A stretch of 63,957 nucleotides of DNA, counting the filler, from Guillardia theta CCMP2712 (taxonomy: Eukaryota; Protista; Cryptophyta), in assembly GCF_000315625.1 (NCBI RefSeq). It is 4 parts of 4 records of this genome, joined end to end, with 100 filler letters (N's around TTAATTAATTAA, not from the genome) between each part and the next. Parts side by side here need not be neighbours in the genome. Positions count along the whole stretch, not along the records: positions 21,314 to 33,806 come from NW_005434301.1; positions 33,907 to 62,342 come from NW_005434580.1; 2 more parts are not named here. One strand, given 5' to 3'. The translations under genes were made by a program, and so were the position numbers. Under the pieces are notes generated by a model that was not told where the DNA came from, did no database searches, and saw only the letters and a list, made by a program, of their open reading frames with translations. This document shows, in pieces, positions 22,556 to 35,541 of this stretch; position 1 is the stretch's first letter, and each line of letters begins with the position of its first letter.

Positions 22556-23676
22556 GCCGCCGTCACCTTCAGGGAACAACACCCCTACCCCCCTCAGACC
22601 TCCTCCTGCTCTACCCTACCCCCACGGATTCAGTATCACTCTACAAACTTTGAAACTACCACCCTATTTGAGATGGTCGAACGAGGGGGTATCAATTATC
22701 ACCCCACCCCCCACATATCACCACCCACCAATGTTGTAATTCTTTCCAACCCATGAGTTGTCACCAGGTAGCGCATTCTAGTACCCCCCTTTCCTACCCG
22801 ATACCTACCCGGTACTCAGACCTACCCCTCCATCCCCTATTTTAGTTCTCACCCCACCCAACTACAGCTTTGTTCCCTCAAACCACCCCCTCTTTCCCAG
22901 CAACCTACCCTATTAATAAGGGTATTCTTAGGAGCTGGGGTAGGGTGGGGTGTTCACGGTCTGACCACCCCCAAGTATCCGACTTTGGAACCCCTCCTCT
23001 ATACTACTATACCCTACCCCTCCGTACTTTACTACCCTGACCCCCTCGCCTCCCCCAACAAGAGCATCGTCACCGGCCACGCGATCTCCGAGGCTCCGCC
23101 GGAGGCTCATCAACCAGCCCACTGAGTGACTGCCGCTGAGCCACCGGCCGGGTCGGGGGCCGGGCCGCGCGGACGGTGGCCCGCCCACCCCGGCGTGGCC
23201 ACCGTGGGCCCTGATCAGATCGGACTCCTCATCGGCCGCACTGACCAACTCGCCGCTGACTGAGTCCGAGTCTCTGATCATAGTAACAACTCCACCCGGC
23301 GGCCCGCCACGGTGACCGTGACCGTGAACTTCGGAACCGTAACCGCCGGTGACAGGGTGACCGTGACCGTGCCACCGGGTGTATCATGTCGGATCCGGGC
23401 AGCCGTACAAGGTTAGCTCTGAGCTTTGCCCTCCCTCTGTGACATTTCAAGTTTCCTCCGAGTCACAGGACAGACTGGCAGCCTGGGCGCCGGATCGGTT
23501 TAACCCGGGCTGGGGCGATGTGACATGGAACTTGAACCGCCGCCTTGAAGCTGCTGCAGCAGCTCCGAGGCTCTGAGCAGCCTCACTCACCGTCGGTGAG
23601 GCTGATGGATCGCAAAGACGACCCTTACGTGTTGCAGACTCATGACAGCCATGTAGCGCAGAGAAGGAGGAGCCTC

Positions 23677-23773
23677 GGAGGAGGAGGAGGAGGAGAAGAA
23701 GAAGAAGAAGAAGAAGAAGAGGAAGAGGAAGAGGAAGAGGAAGAAGAAGAAGAAGAAGAAGAAGAAGAAGAAG
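23677..23773. repeat. (GGA)n/(GAA)n/(GAGGAA)n purine microsatellite
   Basis: Directly visible. Confidence 0.9.
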
Positions 23774-23919
23774 ACGCTTCCCTAGTTGTCTTATTAAGGC
23801 TCCTCTCATGTCTGGCAGCCTCTTCGACGTATCGAGTCGTGCCCGTACGGAATCATCCGCAGTTAATCACTCCGACCAGGGCCGCGGGCCTGCCGTGACT
23901 GCGCCTAAGTGCTGGTCAG

Positions 23920-25196
23920 TGACGTAGGATGACAGCAAGAAGCAGAAACTTATGAGGAGCTCGAGCTCCAGAGACTAAGACGATTGTCTCATGGAGCAAG
24001 GAGCTCAATCAATAGTGCGACTTTCCAAGGCTGCGCCTTTTGAGAGGATCCGGCTCTTCATTCCAAAGGGTTTGTGCACACTGCATGCTCAATACCACGT
24101 CAGTCTAGACTTGCATCGCAAGTGAAGTAGACATCGCTGCATCACACCTTAATTAGAAATTCTGTGAGCAGGTTTCTACACGTTTGGAAACCAATCAATC
24201 AATTCTGAAACCATTTAGACAGGAACTCCTCACATTGACTGTAATACACGTGCCATACTGCCAAAAGCATCTACATCCATCAATGCATCGTATTTACGCT
24301 GTGGATGCAAGAAGAATATGATTCAAGGCAATTGGCTACGAGTTGGTCAGGACAGTCAGGTTGAAATCTCCTAAAGCTGTGTGTGTTGACATTTCCATAC
24401 ATCCAATTTGAGTTCATCAGGACTTTACTCGAGGGTATTATTTACAAATATCATTGCTGTACAGGCTCCAAGCGAACATTCAATCGATTTCCATGCTGTC
24501 TTCCGAACGAGTCGAGGATTGGTCTCTTGCCCTCATTACATTCTTCAGGCACTCGCTCCCGTTCGAAACAACCAGCACTTTCTTGGAGTAGGTAGAGATG
24601 AGACTTCTGTCATTCTGATCTTTCTTGCTGTTCATGCTTGTAATAAGTTCCTTGCACGCATTTTGGAGATATTTTCGCTGAAGTTCGTTCAAGTTTAGCG
24701 CGGGAATGCTTCTGCGTCGCTCAAACCGAAAGCTGGTTTCTTGTATCATCATCTTCTATCATCCGATTCTCGCTTGACAGCAACCACGGCAGACTCTTGT
24801 AGAGCTGTGATGTATCGAGAGCGTGTGCGTTGTGCTTGTGGGAGGGATCGCGGAGTTCGACGTCGCTGTGGTGAATGTTTTGCGCTGTTGCGAAGGAAGT
24901 GTCCACGGGTTCGATAGAACGGTCGCTCCCCGGGATCGATCTCCGAGTAGTAAATTCCGCGGTTCTCAACATGAGCCATCGGCTTGGAAATGCTTGTGTG
25001 TCCCATGTGAAATCATCGAGTCTCTTTCAATGTAAATTACGCATGTCTGTACCCTGAGTCCCTGAACCCTTCCTTCTGGTTGAACTTGCTGTAAGACCCT
25101 CTGCCTATCACGAGGGCAGTCATCAAGGGCGTACCAGGAACAATGAATCACTCCGTCTTCTTCGGGCGGGAGTCCATATGACGCGATTTCAAGCAT
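23920..25196 (-). CDS. Multi-exon hypothetical protein (3' boundary approximate)
   Basis: Successive minus-strand ORF segments (24966-25196, 24749-25006, 24480-24752) with frame switches at plausible short introns. Confidence 0.4.
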
Positions 25197-26329
25197 ATGC
25201 CTGATTTGAGCTAAAAGTCTTGTTTTAGTTAAAGGATGTGCCGCCAGCTGACACTGGCAGAGTGACTCTTTCGTGACTCAGCGGCCGGTAGCCGACTCGC
25301 CGATGATCGGAGTTTGTGACTCATCCGACCACTGAGTGTCTGACCAACAAGTTCCGCTGAGTCGGAGTCCGCCGGACGTGCCACTGCCCGGTAGCCTTCA
25401 CTTGTCGGACCGTGAGGGCCCGGACCACCCGGTGCCACTCAGTCACGCCGCCGTCACTGAGCTAGTACTCGGATCCAGTTTAACTCTTGAGTAGTACCGT
25501 GCCGGCGGGCCGCCGCGGCCCGGGACTGGCCCCGGGGCGGGCCCGGCCCGGCGGCCGGCGTGATGGTGACTCATCGCCCTCCCGGGCCGGATGATCCGAG
25601 GCAGGCTCGCCGGTCACCGGGTGTCTCCGGCACTCATCGCCCTCATTCTCGTGTTAGTTGGATCTAGTCTCATTTCTCTCTGACCTCCTCGTGTTTATGC
25701 CCCACCCCCACCCCCTTAGCTGAACGAGTTCCGTCACACCCACCCGTACTTGGAATGATACTACCCTCTCTTCTACCCTGCATCTCTCGAACTTGAACCC
25801 CTTTTTTACAGACCAAGTTTCTACCCCTACCCCCTAAGTAAAGTTACCCTACCAACCGCTTCCTTTATATATGAGATCTTGAGCTCAAAAGAAAGAAAAA
25901 TGACCACCCCACCCTATTAAAACCAGTCATCTACCCTACCCTTTCCCCTAACAAGCTTCTCCCCTCCTCCTTGGCATTCCTGCCATTGCCCCTTGCCCCT
26001 CTACCCGCGTCCTCCCCCGCTTCCCGCGTCCTTGTCGCTGCTGCTGCTGCTGCGCTCTCTTGTCTCGTCTCTTGTCTTCTGTTTGCATCTTTCTCCCTCG
26101 ATAGGCTCTCTTCTCCTCTAGCCCAGTCCCTCTCCATCTCCTTGGGTCTTGTCTCCTGATAAAACCCCCCGACCGAACGTGCTTGGGCTAGTTTTCATTT
26201 TCTTCGTGACCCTGATCTATCTCTTTCCCTTTTCTTGCCGATTTGTATTGTAAAGCATTCACGCTCACCGTAACCGTGATCCTCTTGACGTTTATTTCGC
26301 CGCTTTGTTCTTCCTGCTTCCGAAACACT

Positions 26330-28108
26330 GAGACAAGTCAACGAAGACGATGAAATGGTCCAAAAGAATACGATGACAGGGATAGACACAACGGAAGGAC
26401 GACCAACTTCCTTCGTTTACCCTGTAGATGCTCCAACACAGGCCAAGACTTGAGCAGTGAAGGAGGAATTGTATCGTTCGAGACAAAAATGTGGAGTATT
26501 GATGCTTCTGGGAAACAGCGAGTGATTTGGTGAGGTTTGCTTCAGATCCATCTCGAGCGAGTGAGCCAGCCAGGAAGAGAAGCAGACAGATACTCTCCTC
26601 GTGCACCTGTTTCCGCGTCCTCTCCTACCTTAGGATGGAAGCATGGCGTCTCCTCTTCAACGCAGCTCTCTCGTCTGCATGCAGCCAGGCAGGAGAGGTC
26701 GAGCAAGGAGCTCAACGAGTTTCTCAGCAGCCTCAACTTCCTCATCCCATCCCCCGCTACCTTCAAAGAGACGCTCCTGATGTGGAGAAGGATCGAGGCA
26801 GCGAGCAAGCGCAGGGCAGAAGGAGCTGCTGGTAAACTCTCTTCCTGTGCCTCCCCACGAGCAACTCGGTCTGCTCCTCCGCTCCATGTCATGTCAAATG
26901 CCTCCTTTCCTCCTCGGACAGACGCCACCCACTCCCAAGACGCGAGGTCTTGTGCCAAGCGCTGGTGGCGGGGCTGACGGAGAGGAATTTTCCAACTCAG
27001 AAGAAGCGCCAGCGAGCATGCGAGATGAAGTTGGTTCTGAGCGATGTCAGCGACTCAAGGAGAAGAGCATGCAGAAGAAAAGCAGCGAGCCAAGAAGAGC
27101 GATCTGCTGCGACAGCTTGCATCTCTCCTCCCTCCTCCCGGTGAAACTCCGGACCTTTGTTGTCCTCCACTGACAGACATGAACAGAGGAGGGTCAGACC
27201 GCGCAGGTCACCTTTGGTAAGACTGGAAGGACAGTGATACAGATCTTGGAGGATACCAGGACGCAGCTACTCCGGCAGAAGGTGCAAGGCAGGAGGAAAG
27301 ACCCTGATGGCTGACATCGGGGAGCAGGGAGAAGAGGAGGAGCAGGCAAAACGTCATCCCAACGTCAACACTTGCGTCAAGAAGGAGGAAGAGAGTCTCA
27401 CGATTGACCATACCGAAGGTAGGAGGAGGTCGAGAGGCTGGTAGCTGACGCTCTCGTGCAGTCCTGGGCGGGATCAGCAGCTTGCCGTTGGGGCTTGTCG
27501 TCGTGGAGCTACCTGAGTGGACAATTAAGTGAGCATGTAGGAGCCTGTCGTTGTTGACTGACTCCTGCGCCAGACACGTCAGCAGGTCCTTCCGAGCTTA
27601 TGCTGAATCTTTCCCAACTTCTCCTGCTGCCCTGCACACGATCGTGCCGTTTGTCCATCCGTTTGATTGTGCGAGAGTCTGTTCTCTCCTCCTACATCTC
27701 ACTTCGCTCCAGGCGTCAGCCTCCAAGCCCTCGGTCGCAGCCTGCAAGCGAGACGAACAGAAACTTCGAAGAGTCAACGGTAGGACTTTCGAAGAGGAGA
27801 GAGGATGATGGGGAGGGTAAGGAGGAGAGTCCCGGAAGAGGAATAGGGAGGGATAGCACGGTCATGTGAATGGTTTGTGATGCGGTGGTTTGGTTCTGAC
27901 GAGGCTGCAGTGATTGCTGCTCTGTTCGTCTGTTGGCGCAGGAGGGGCCGGACGTCCTCGTGTATACACAAGGTGTTCAGATAGACTTGATCGCCGACTC
28001 ATCGTTTCCTTCCTCTGCTCTCGTGCTCTCAGTCCCGCTTCCTGCGAGGTGATGCAGTTGCACCCGGACCGGCGGGCATGCGAAGGAGCCTCTCCCAGGC
28101 TGCAGTAG
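26330..28108 (+). CDS. Multi-exon hypothetical protein (boundaries approximate)
   Basis: Coding-like segments (RSSKELNEFLSSLNFLIPSPATFKETLLMWRRIEAA; others to 28108) separated by GT..AG intervals; no family recognised. Confidence 0.35.
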
Positions 28109-28553
28109 GAGCTTCAAGGAGTATGTAAATAAAGGATCAGACTTTGACACTGACCACACTGTGTCGGAACGTTGAACGTCATCCGATGATCATCGTCACC
28201 ATCCCGGGCTGTGAAGGACACGGACGGTCACCGTCACTAGTACAGTGACTGACCGTCCGACTGAGTCACTCAGCACGGTAAGCCTCGAGCTGCCATCCGA
28301 GACCGTACTCAAAACCCTCAGGGCCTTCCGAACTTCGTAACCATCCGTTTCAGCGCTGACACACTTGCATGAAGTCGCACGCGGCAGGACCCGGCGTACA
28401 CTGAGGCTGGTGGGGCCGGACTCCGATCGGATCAGTGAAATTTGGGCTGAAGTGTGCCGCTGCCAGCCTGAGGGCCCGCCGGGCCGGCCCGCCGCCCGGC
28501 CACTGGCAGTGCTGCGAGTCTGAGGCTGAGAGAGAGACTTGGCAAGTTGTTCC

Positions 28554-28610
28554 TTTACTCAAAGTTAAGTTAAAAATCAGTACGAGCACAATCAGGAGAG
28601 GCGAGGAGGC
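28554..28610 (+). repeat. Dispersed intergenic motif, copy C
   Basis: TTTACTCAAAGTTAAGTTAAAAATCAGTACGAGCACAATCAGGAGAGGCGAGGAGGC; 3 mismatches to copy A over 57 nt. Confidence 0.9.
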
Positions 28611-29419
28611 ACCACTGTCGCACACTCCGCCTCCGGCCAACCAGCGAGAAACCTGAGAAAAGACAGCGAGAACCAAACCTATTCCTGCAAACTGCTGTCC
28701 CTCAAAGTTAACTGATACCTTTACTTGAGAGACTAGTCCGACGGTCGCCTGCTGACCTTCGACAGCGAACCGTCTGACCTCCATCCTTTTAAAACTCTCC
28801 GCATTTTTAAGACTTTTAAAGAGTAGGTCCAGCTGACCTTTATACAAGTAGCAGTAACTTATTTCAGTACAGAGCCCTTTTAAAAAGATTGTTTTTCGTG
28901 TATGACATTGGTAATAATCGCGGCACCATTTTACTATGTTGTTCCAGTAGTACCAAACGCTATTAAAAATCATTATTAAATCTCCCGCTAAAAGTTTTGC
29001 TGGCGGTCTGGTGGCTACCGTAGCGACATCGCCCGGGGTGGAGTAGTAGGGGTGGTATTGGATGCCAGAGGTCAAGGGGTACCAAGAAGTCAACTGCGAT
29101 GTTTCAGGGGTATATCAGCAGTCGAATGAACGGGTAGGCCGAGATCAGCTGGTGACGGTGGATGACTCAGGTAGGGTAGGATGAGAGGGAGGGGTGGGTA
29201 GAGGGGGTACCTGGGATCGCGGGGTTTGACCCCCTCATCCGTGAAGTTTACTTGCAAGGGAGGGGCAGAGAGAGCGAGGAAGGCGGCGAGGAGAGCGAGA
29301 GCGCATGCATCTTCCAGCTAGTCAACACGAATATCACGAGGAGGAGAAGTGGGAGGAGTAGTAGGAGTAGGAGAAGTAGTAGTAGGAGGAGGAGTAGGTT
29401 TGCAGCGAGCTCTTGAGTA

Positions 29420-30528
29420 TGAGATCAGACGAGAGCATGCTTGCGGAATGGATTAGGAATTGCAAACATTTCTACATCTAATTGTAACAAAGCGAGGTCC
29501 TATAAACTGATGATCAAGCCTTGAGGTTAATAAGTGATAACAAGAGGATGAATCGTTCATGGCTCAGAAACAGGCAGGCAGAGAGGCGCTGATAGTAAAC
29601 TTTAAGGTCTTGCTTGAAGTTTCTTTCGAATGCAATGCCATGTTGTTTGACAAAGCCAAATCGACATAGGAGGTGATGCCAGTAATCAAGGGAGGACATG
29701 ATGACAAAGAGTTGGGTATCTCAGCGATGGATTCATTCTGCAAGACCTCAAACAAAAGCGAGAGACACAATTGTGAATGAGAAAAGGACAAAGTGTGGAT
29801 ATCGAAGATAATGTCTATCTGATCTGATTGATGCTGTCATTCGTACTTGGACACAAACAGCAGCATACATTCTTCTAAACTTCGATCATTTCGAATGCTC
29901 GTTTGCACGTTGTGATGATGCATGTCTGCAGATTGTTGGGCACACAAGCGACCTCGTACCGTGTTTGTCGCAAAACTCGTCGAAAGTGATCTGCTTTGCT
30001 CTCATCGCCTCAGTTGCTACCACGACATCTTACTCAAGCATTGACACGGAAAGGCTCCCCACTAAAAGCTTGCTTGCTGCGAGCAGACATGTTTCAGAAG
30101 CGATTCTTGAAGTGTGAGCAGTGCGGATTGCTCAACGTGCCGGGAGGGTCCTGTCTCGATACCTGCACTCGATATGCTGACCCTCCGAGGCTCCTTGATG
30201 TAAGTGAGAGCGAGCGGTGAGACGGCGACTGACCGTGTGCTGACAGCGGCTTGCGAGCGGCTGCTTGTCTTCGGACAACAGCACCTTCTTGTGCTGCAAC
30301 TGCAAGAGAGAGATGCGCAGAGAAGGAGAAGGGGGAGGAGAAGAACCTGAGACGAGTGCCTGCAAGGCATGCCAAGAGCGACCCATCGAGATTTGTATCA
30401 GGATGCGACGAAACAATGTCATCTTGTTTGAAGAGCAAGCATGGAGCTTCTCTTCCCGCATCTCTTTTGCTCTTCTCTTGCTCCTGATCGTAGCAGGCGT
30501 CGCTCTCCTTGTCAAGTTCCTGGTCTAG
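29420..30528 (+). CDS. Multi-exon hypothetical protein with CxxC pairs and a C-terminal transmembrane anchor (start uncertain)
   Basis: CEQC, CCNC and CKAC motifs; ends ISFALLLLLIVAGVALLVKFLV-stop. Confidence 0.45.
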
Positions 30529-31449
30529 ACCCTCAAGGGCTCACCTCTTCCCTCTTAGCCTCCGGAGCTTCTGTGTCAGCGCCGATGTGCATCAACTTGG
30601 AACATTAGAAGAGGGGGAGCGTAGTAGCCTAATAGCTCCGGAAAGTTCCAAGGCATGTCGACAGACGAGTCGTGTATTTCTAGTGGTCAGGCAAGTGGCT
30701 GCGGCTTCTTCTCTACCACCTCAAGGTTTCTAGTGTGAGTGCGTGTGATGTGAGAATCCGACCGTCAAGATCTTGATAGTGTTCGGTTTCAAGTGTATGT
30801 GTGTTTGTTGATCATGATATCACTAGTCAGTGAATGAATTCCTACAGTGTCGTTGGAGTACGTGCCCCGGTGTAGCCACTGAGTTCGGAGGCTACTCGGG
30901 CCTCTACTAATAGTGTCTCGAGTCCGAGCAATCAGCTGCTAAGGCTTACGTTAACGGTGAACCGTACGGTACTCATCATTGGATGCCAGTGACTCGGACT
31001 CTGGGAGCCTCCGTCAACGTGAACTCGGCGGAACATGACCCCGATCGGACCGTCCGACGTTGCGGCGGCCCCGGGAGCCTCCGGAGGCCGCTCCGAGCCG
31101 CCGCCGCTGGGGGCGCGGCCGCCGCGGCCGAAGTCCACGGCGGTACTGAGCGGCGCCCAGCGGGCCGCGGCTGCTCGACTCTAGGCTGACGGTCGCCGCG
31201 CACCGTCACTGCGGCATGCCGCAGTGCGGTGCCATGATCGGACCGGGACCCAGCCAGTTCAGTGCCTACCCCGCTCTTACTCTGACCCGGGCCGATCCGG
31301 TGGCAGCCGGCGTGATAGTGAGATCCCGGCGTGACCGGGCCAGCGCCGGGACGGCGGCGGCCCGGGCCCGCGGCCGCGCGTCCCGGCCCGGACGGCACTC
31401 TCAGGCTGGACGGCACTGCTGAGTGATTCGTATGCGGTGGGATGGGGGT

Positions 31450-31554
31450 GACCTATCCACAAAGGAAATCGAGATGGCGCTGCGGGTGGACCTCAAGGTG
31501 TGAGGGAGGAGGAGGAGCAGGAGCAGGAGGAGGAGGAGGAGCAGGAGCAGGAGG

Positions 31555-31640
<86 letters not shown>

Positions 31641-31656
31641 CAGGAGCAGGAGCAGG

Positions 31657-31702
<46 letters not shown>

Positions 31703-33228
31703 CATCTGCGAGGAGTGATTGATACCGATCCTGACATGACGACAAGGCTGTTTCTGCCATGTTTGAAGACGCATTCGAGCTAAGGTAAGGATGGGCAGGT
31801 GGAAGATAGAAAGCTGACAAGCACGGCAGGGATAAATCGACGGTTGAGAAGGAATTGGAGCACTGGGAGCGAGAGCAAACATGTGGGTGCGAAGGGCGGG
31901 AATGGGAGGGAGGGAGGGAGGGAGGGAGGGAGGGAGGGAGGGAGGTAGCAGGTGGAGCTGACGGTATCGTAGGTATTACTGTGGATCATGTTGATGGAGG
32001 TAGGTTAGATCATCGTGCAGAGGAAGAGCCAACGAAAGTGAACGGGAAGGAAGATGAGGTGAGGAGAAGCAGAGAAGAAAACGACGGAGGTGACGCTGAG
32101 ATAGGAGGCCAGCCGACCTGAGAAACAGGACCAATCGGTGAGGAGGAGAGGAGAGGAGGAGAAGGTCCAGAGAGAAGTTAAGCAGGAGGCAGGTAATGGA
32201 TGAAATCATTCACAGTCAGAGGAGACAGATCAATCAACTTCGAAGAGACAAGGCCCTCCTGCTTGAAGTGTGTCCAGAGCCTCTACCTCCTCTCCTCCTT
32301 CAATTTCTGACTTTTCTCTGCACTTCTTACTCTCCTGCCCTCCTGCCCTTCACACCGTGACTTGCTCCTTCCTTGCTCCCTGCCTTGCTCTGTCTGTCTG
32401 TTACTTTCCTCTCCTCTTTCCTCCCTCCCTCCCTCCCTCCCTCCCTCCCTCCTTCCCTCCCCCTCCTACAGAAAGTTCAATCTCTGCAGCAGCAGCTCTC
32501 GCACACTTCTCACACTCCTCCGAGCTCACACGGTAAGGCTCTTATTGTTCCTGCACCTGCACCTGCACCTCCTCCACCACTTCCTCCTTCTCCTCCTCTC
32601 TCTTTCACCACCGCCACCACCTCCTCCTCATCACTCCCCTTCACGATCTGCTGTTTTGCTCCTGCTCTGTCTTTCTTCTCACTTGTTCTCCTGATCTTTC
32701 CACTGACATTTGGCAGCCGACAACAGAACTTCTCACCAAGAGCTGGTGAGGGATGGAAGGAGGAGGAGGAAGAGGAGGAGGAGGATGGAGAGAGAGAGGA
32801 GAGGATCAAGGATGGAATAAGGAAGAGGAGGAGGAGGAGAGCGGAGGAAGGTGGAGAGGACCAAGGAGGGGGAAGAGGAAGAGATGCTGGCAGTGGAGGG
32901 CGGAAGGGAACTGGGTTGGACCTGTAACAGGTGTGACAGGGGGGGCAGGAAGGGAAGGAGCAGGAGGAGCAAGGCTTCTCTATCAGCAAGACCCTTGAGA
33001 TGTTTGCGTCTCGCAACCTCAAGCGCTTCCTGCTCGTCTTCTTCCTCCTGTGAGATCTCCATCCTCCTCCTCCTGCGCTCTCCCTACACCGCTCTAGCAT
33101 CTCCTGGTCCCTCTTCTGCTCTCCCCTCTCCCCTCCCCTTCTCCTCTTGTCTTTGTGTCATCCAACTTTCTGTCTCCTCTCTCCCTCTTCCTCCAGTTGA
33201 TATTCCTTCCTTTCCCCCTCCACTTCCC

Positions 33229-33280
<52 letters not shown>

Positions 33281-33521
33281 TTCCTCTCATATCGCTCAGG
33301 GTCGGGGTCCTGGTTCTCCTCTACCGCGTCGAAGGAGATCTCGACGGTCCTCGCCTGCTCCCTCCGATCGTTTCTCACCGTGAGGATGCAGAGGATGCCA
33401 AGAGGCAGCAGGAGGGCTGGGAGGGGCAGCAGCTGACGGGGCAGCAACTTCTCCTCCTCCTCCAGCCTCTCATTCGTGAATGCCCAGCATTGGAAGGTGA
33501 AGAGCGAGGGAGAGAAGAAGC

Positions 33522-33560
<39 letters not shown>

Positions 33561-33800
33561 AATGCTGATGCTGGTGTATGAGATGATGATGACAACGACG
33601 ACGATGACAAGGATGAGGAAGGGGAGGAGTGGAGGAGGGGGAGGAGGATGGAGGAGGGGAGTATGATCGTAGCCTCCAGTGTCTTGTCTTGACCGTCACT
33701 CCACCTCCTTCAACAAGCTCATCGTGGACTCTAAAAGGTCCTTCTGCTTGCCTGCTAATGTTCCTCGTCTCCCTTCCTTCTTCTTCCTCTGTATCCCTCC
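31450..33800 (-). CDS. Possible fragmented multi-exon gene among microsatellites; 5' end lost at linker
   Basis: Short coding-like pieces (MEISQEEEDEQEALEVARRKHLKGL; RLWTHFKQEGLVSSKLIDLSPL; SSNMAETALSSCQDRYQSLL) between simple-repeat tracts; phase not resolved. Confidence 0.25.
31505..31701. repeat. (GAGCAG)n microsatellite
   Basis: Directly visible; the same unit occurs near 21175-21213, 33230-33280 (complement) and 63655-63770. Confidence 0.95.
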
Positions 33801-33806
33801 CTCCTT

Positions 33807-33906
33807 NNNNNNNNNNNNNNNNNNNNNNNNNNNNNNNNNNNNNNNNNNNNTTAATTAATTAANNNNNNNNNNNNNNNNNNNNNNNNNNNNNNNNNNNNNN
33901 NNNNNN
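33807..33906. other. Artificial contig linker (N44-TTAATTAATTAA-N44)
   Basis: Same structure as 21214-21313. Confidence 0.97.
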
Positions 33907-34039
33907 CTCCCTCTCCCTCTCCCTCTCCCTCTCCCTCTCCCTCTCCCTCTCCCTCTCCCTCTCCCTCTCCCTTCCTTCCCTCCTACATCTTCTCCACAGC
34001 CTCTCATGTTGCCTTCTGTTTTTCTCCCTTATCTCGCTC

Positions 34040-34532
34040 CTTCCGGTACTCAAACTTGAGCAGAGCATGCAGAAGAAACGAGCCCTTCGCCCTCTCCCGT
34101 CAAAGGTACCAGCTGCTCAGAGGTTGATGGGTTCGTGATGACGTGGCAGGGAGAGAAGGACGTAGACAACAAGGAGAATGCTCCGAATGCAACAGGTCCG
34201 ATCATATTTCATGATGTTTATCACTTGTTCCTCTCTTTCTTTACACCCTTTCTCTGTGGCAAGAACAGAAGAGTGTCACTCTGCTCTTCCTTCCATCCCC
34301 TGAATGTCCTTGCACTATTGTTGTTGTTGTTTGATGTTGTTGTTGTTTGTTGATGTTGATGTTGATGTTGTTTGATATTTTCTTTTTCTCCTTCTCGCAG
34401 CTGCTGTCACCAAGAAAGCAAAGAAGCTGTTCAATGCTATTCAAATGCCCGAGGATATCACCGGGGATCCATTCGCCACTTGAGGTAACTTCATCTGCTA
34501 TCTCGGCCCCCTCGCTTACTTCCCTGATTTAG
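34040..34532 (+). CDS. 3' exons of a gene truncated by the linker
   Basis: Exon-like pieces SMQKKRALRPLPSK / GEKDVDNKENAPNAT / LLSPRKQRSCSMLFK...SLI-stop flanked by GT/AG. Confidence 0.35.
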
Positions 34533-34752
34533 GTAGGAGAGGGAAGGCGCAGGAGGAGGAGAAAGAGGAGGAGGAGGAGGAGGAGGAGGAGGAGGAGGAA
34601 ACTAGCTTCCTTACCCTTGTAAGGAGAACACATCCAACTAACCAAGCACGACCGAACGACTGATTGGAAACAATATTTATTACACTAACAATACAACGAA
34701 GGTTGAAATCAAAGATTTCCAAACCCCTTCCCCCACTCTTGCTCTGGGCAAG

Positions 34753-35541
34753 TTACAAGCTGCTGTCCTTCTTGTCTCCTCGGGACTCCTTCTTTGATCT
34801 CCGCAAGGCTCTTACGTGCGCGATGCATGCTGCATCGATGAATTCAGCCTCGTGCGAGTGCGAGTTCCCCGAGCTCTTGGCCACCTCAGTATGCGAGATT
34901 GGGAACCAATCCTGCGACTTGGATTTTCTTTCTGGTTGCAACGACTGAGCTCTCTGCAGGGAGTAGTCTTGAAATTTCTGCAGCATCTCCTCCTTGCTCT
35001 CCTCCTCGTCCTTCCCGTCGTCTGCTGATCCAGTGGCAACTACCTCCATACCCAGCGTCACGCACGACTGAGTCGACCGGGTTGGACACATCGAGACAAC
35101 AACATCGTCCCCGCTCTTGTGATAGAGGGTGATGGTTGCTCTCTCCCCCACGTGCGATGGATCTTGAACAAAGGAGTTGAACACGTTGGTGTTGGTATCC
35201 GGGCCATGGCAGAGCCGGATAGTTTTCCCAACGATCTCGCCCTCAGCAAACCCAAAGGTCTCCAGCCAGTTTGAGCTCGCGCTTTTGATGTGAAAGGGAA
35301 ACGATGTGTTCACTGAGATCTCACAGCCCTCGCCCTGCGACCCTTCATGGTGGGCATCTGAACATGTCGTGCTATCAACAGTGATCTGCTTTGCGCTAGA
35401 CTCCTCATCGTTTGCCCCCTTCAACACGTTCTTCGTGTTCGGCTTGATGGCGAAGAAGATGGACGTGTTTGTATCATCATAGTTTGACGGAGGGATAAGG
35501 TCCAACTTTGTAAAGTCGCCCTGCTCAAACTCCACTGCCAT
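34753..35541 (-). CDS. Single-exon PAS-domain protein
   Basis: PFHIKSASSNWLETFGFAEGEIVGKTIRLCHGPDT...TITLYHKSG fits the PAS/LOV-like pattern. Confidence 0.78.
   Translation of the reverse strand: MAVEFEQGDFTKLDLIPPSNYDDTNTSIFFAIKPNTKNVLKGANDEESSAKQITVDSTTCSDAHHEGSQGEGCEISVNTSFPFHIKSASSNWLETFGFAEGEIVGKTIRLCHGPDTNTNVFNSFVQDPSHVGERATITLYHKSGDDVVVSMCPTRSTQSCVTLGMEVVATGSADDGKDEEESKEEMLQKFQDYSLQRAQSLQPERKSKSQDWFPISHTEVAKSSGNSHSHEAEFIDAACIAHVRALRRSKKESRGDKKDSSL

Noticed and set aside
23447-23898. Poly-Glu and poly-Leu ORFs
   Set aside because: Translations of a (GAA)/(GGA) microsatellite.
28350-29093. 247-aa minus-strand ORF spanning motif copy C as a transposase
   Set aside because: Non-ATG start, no DDE, HUH or RT motifs, and it runs through a GC island; probably spurious.
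30932-31462. Gly/Pro/Arg/Ala-rich ORFs in GC islands (also 22928-23450, 46486-46810, 56373-57128)
   Set aside because: Stop-poor GC-rich non-coding DNA opens frames on both strands; no domain signal.
31401-31882. (EQ)n, (GA)n, (SC)n, (PA)n and poly-L ORFs
   Set aside because: All frames of the (GAGCAG)n microsatellite.
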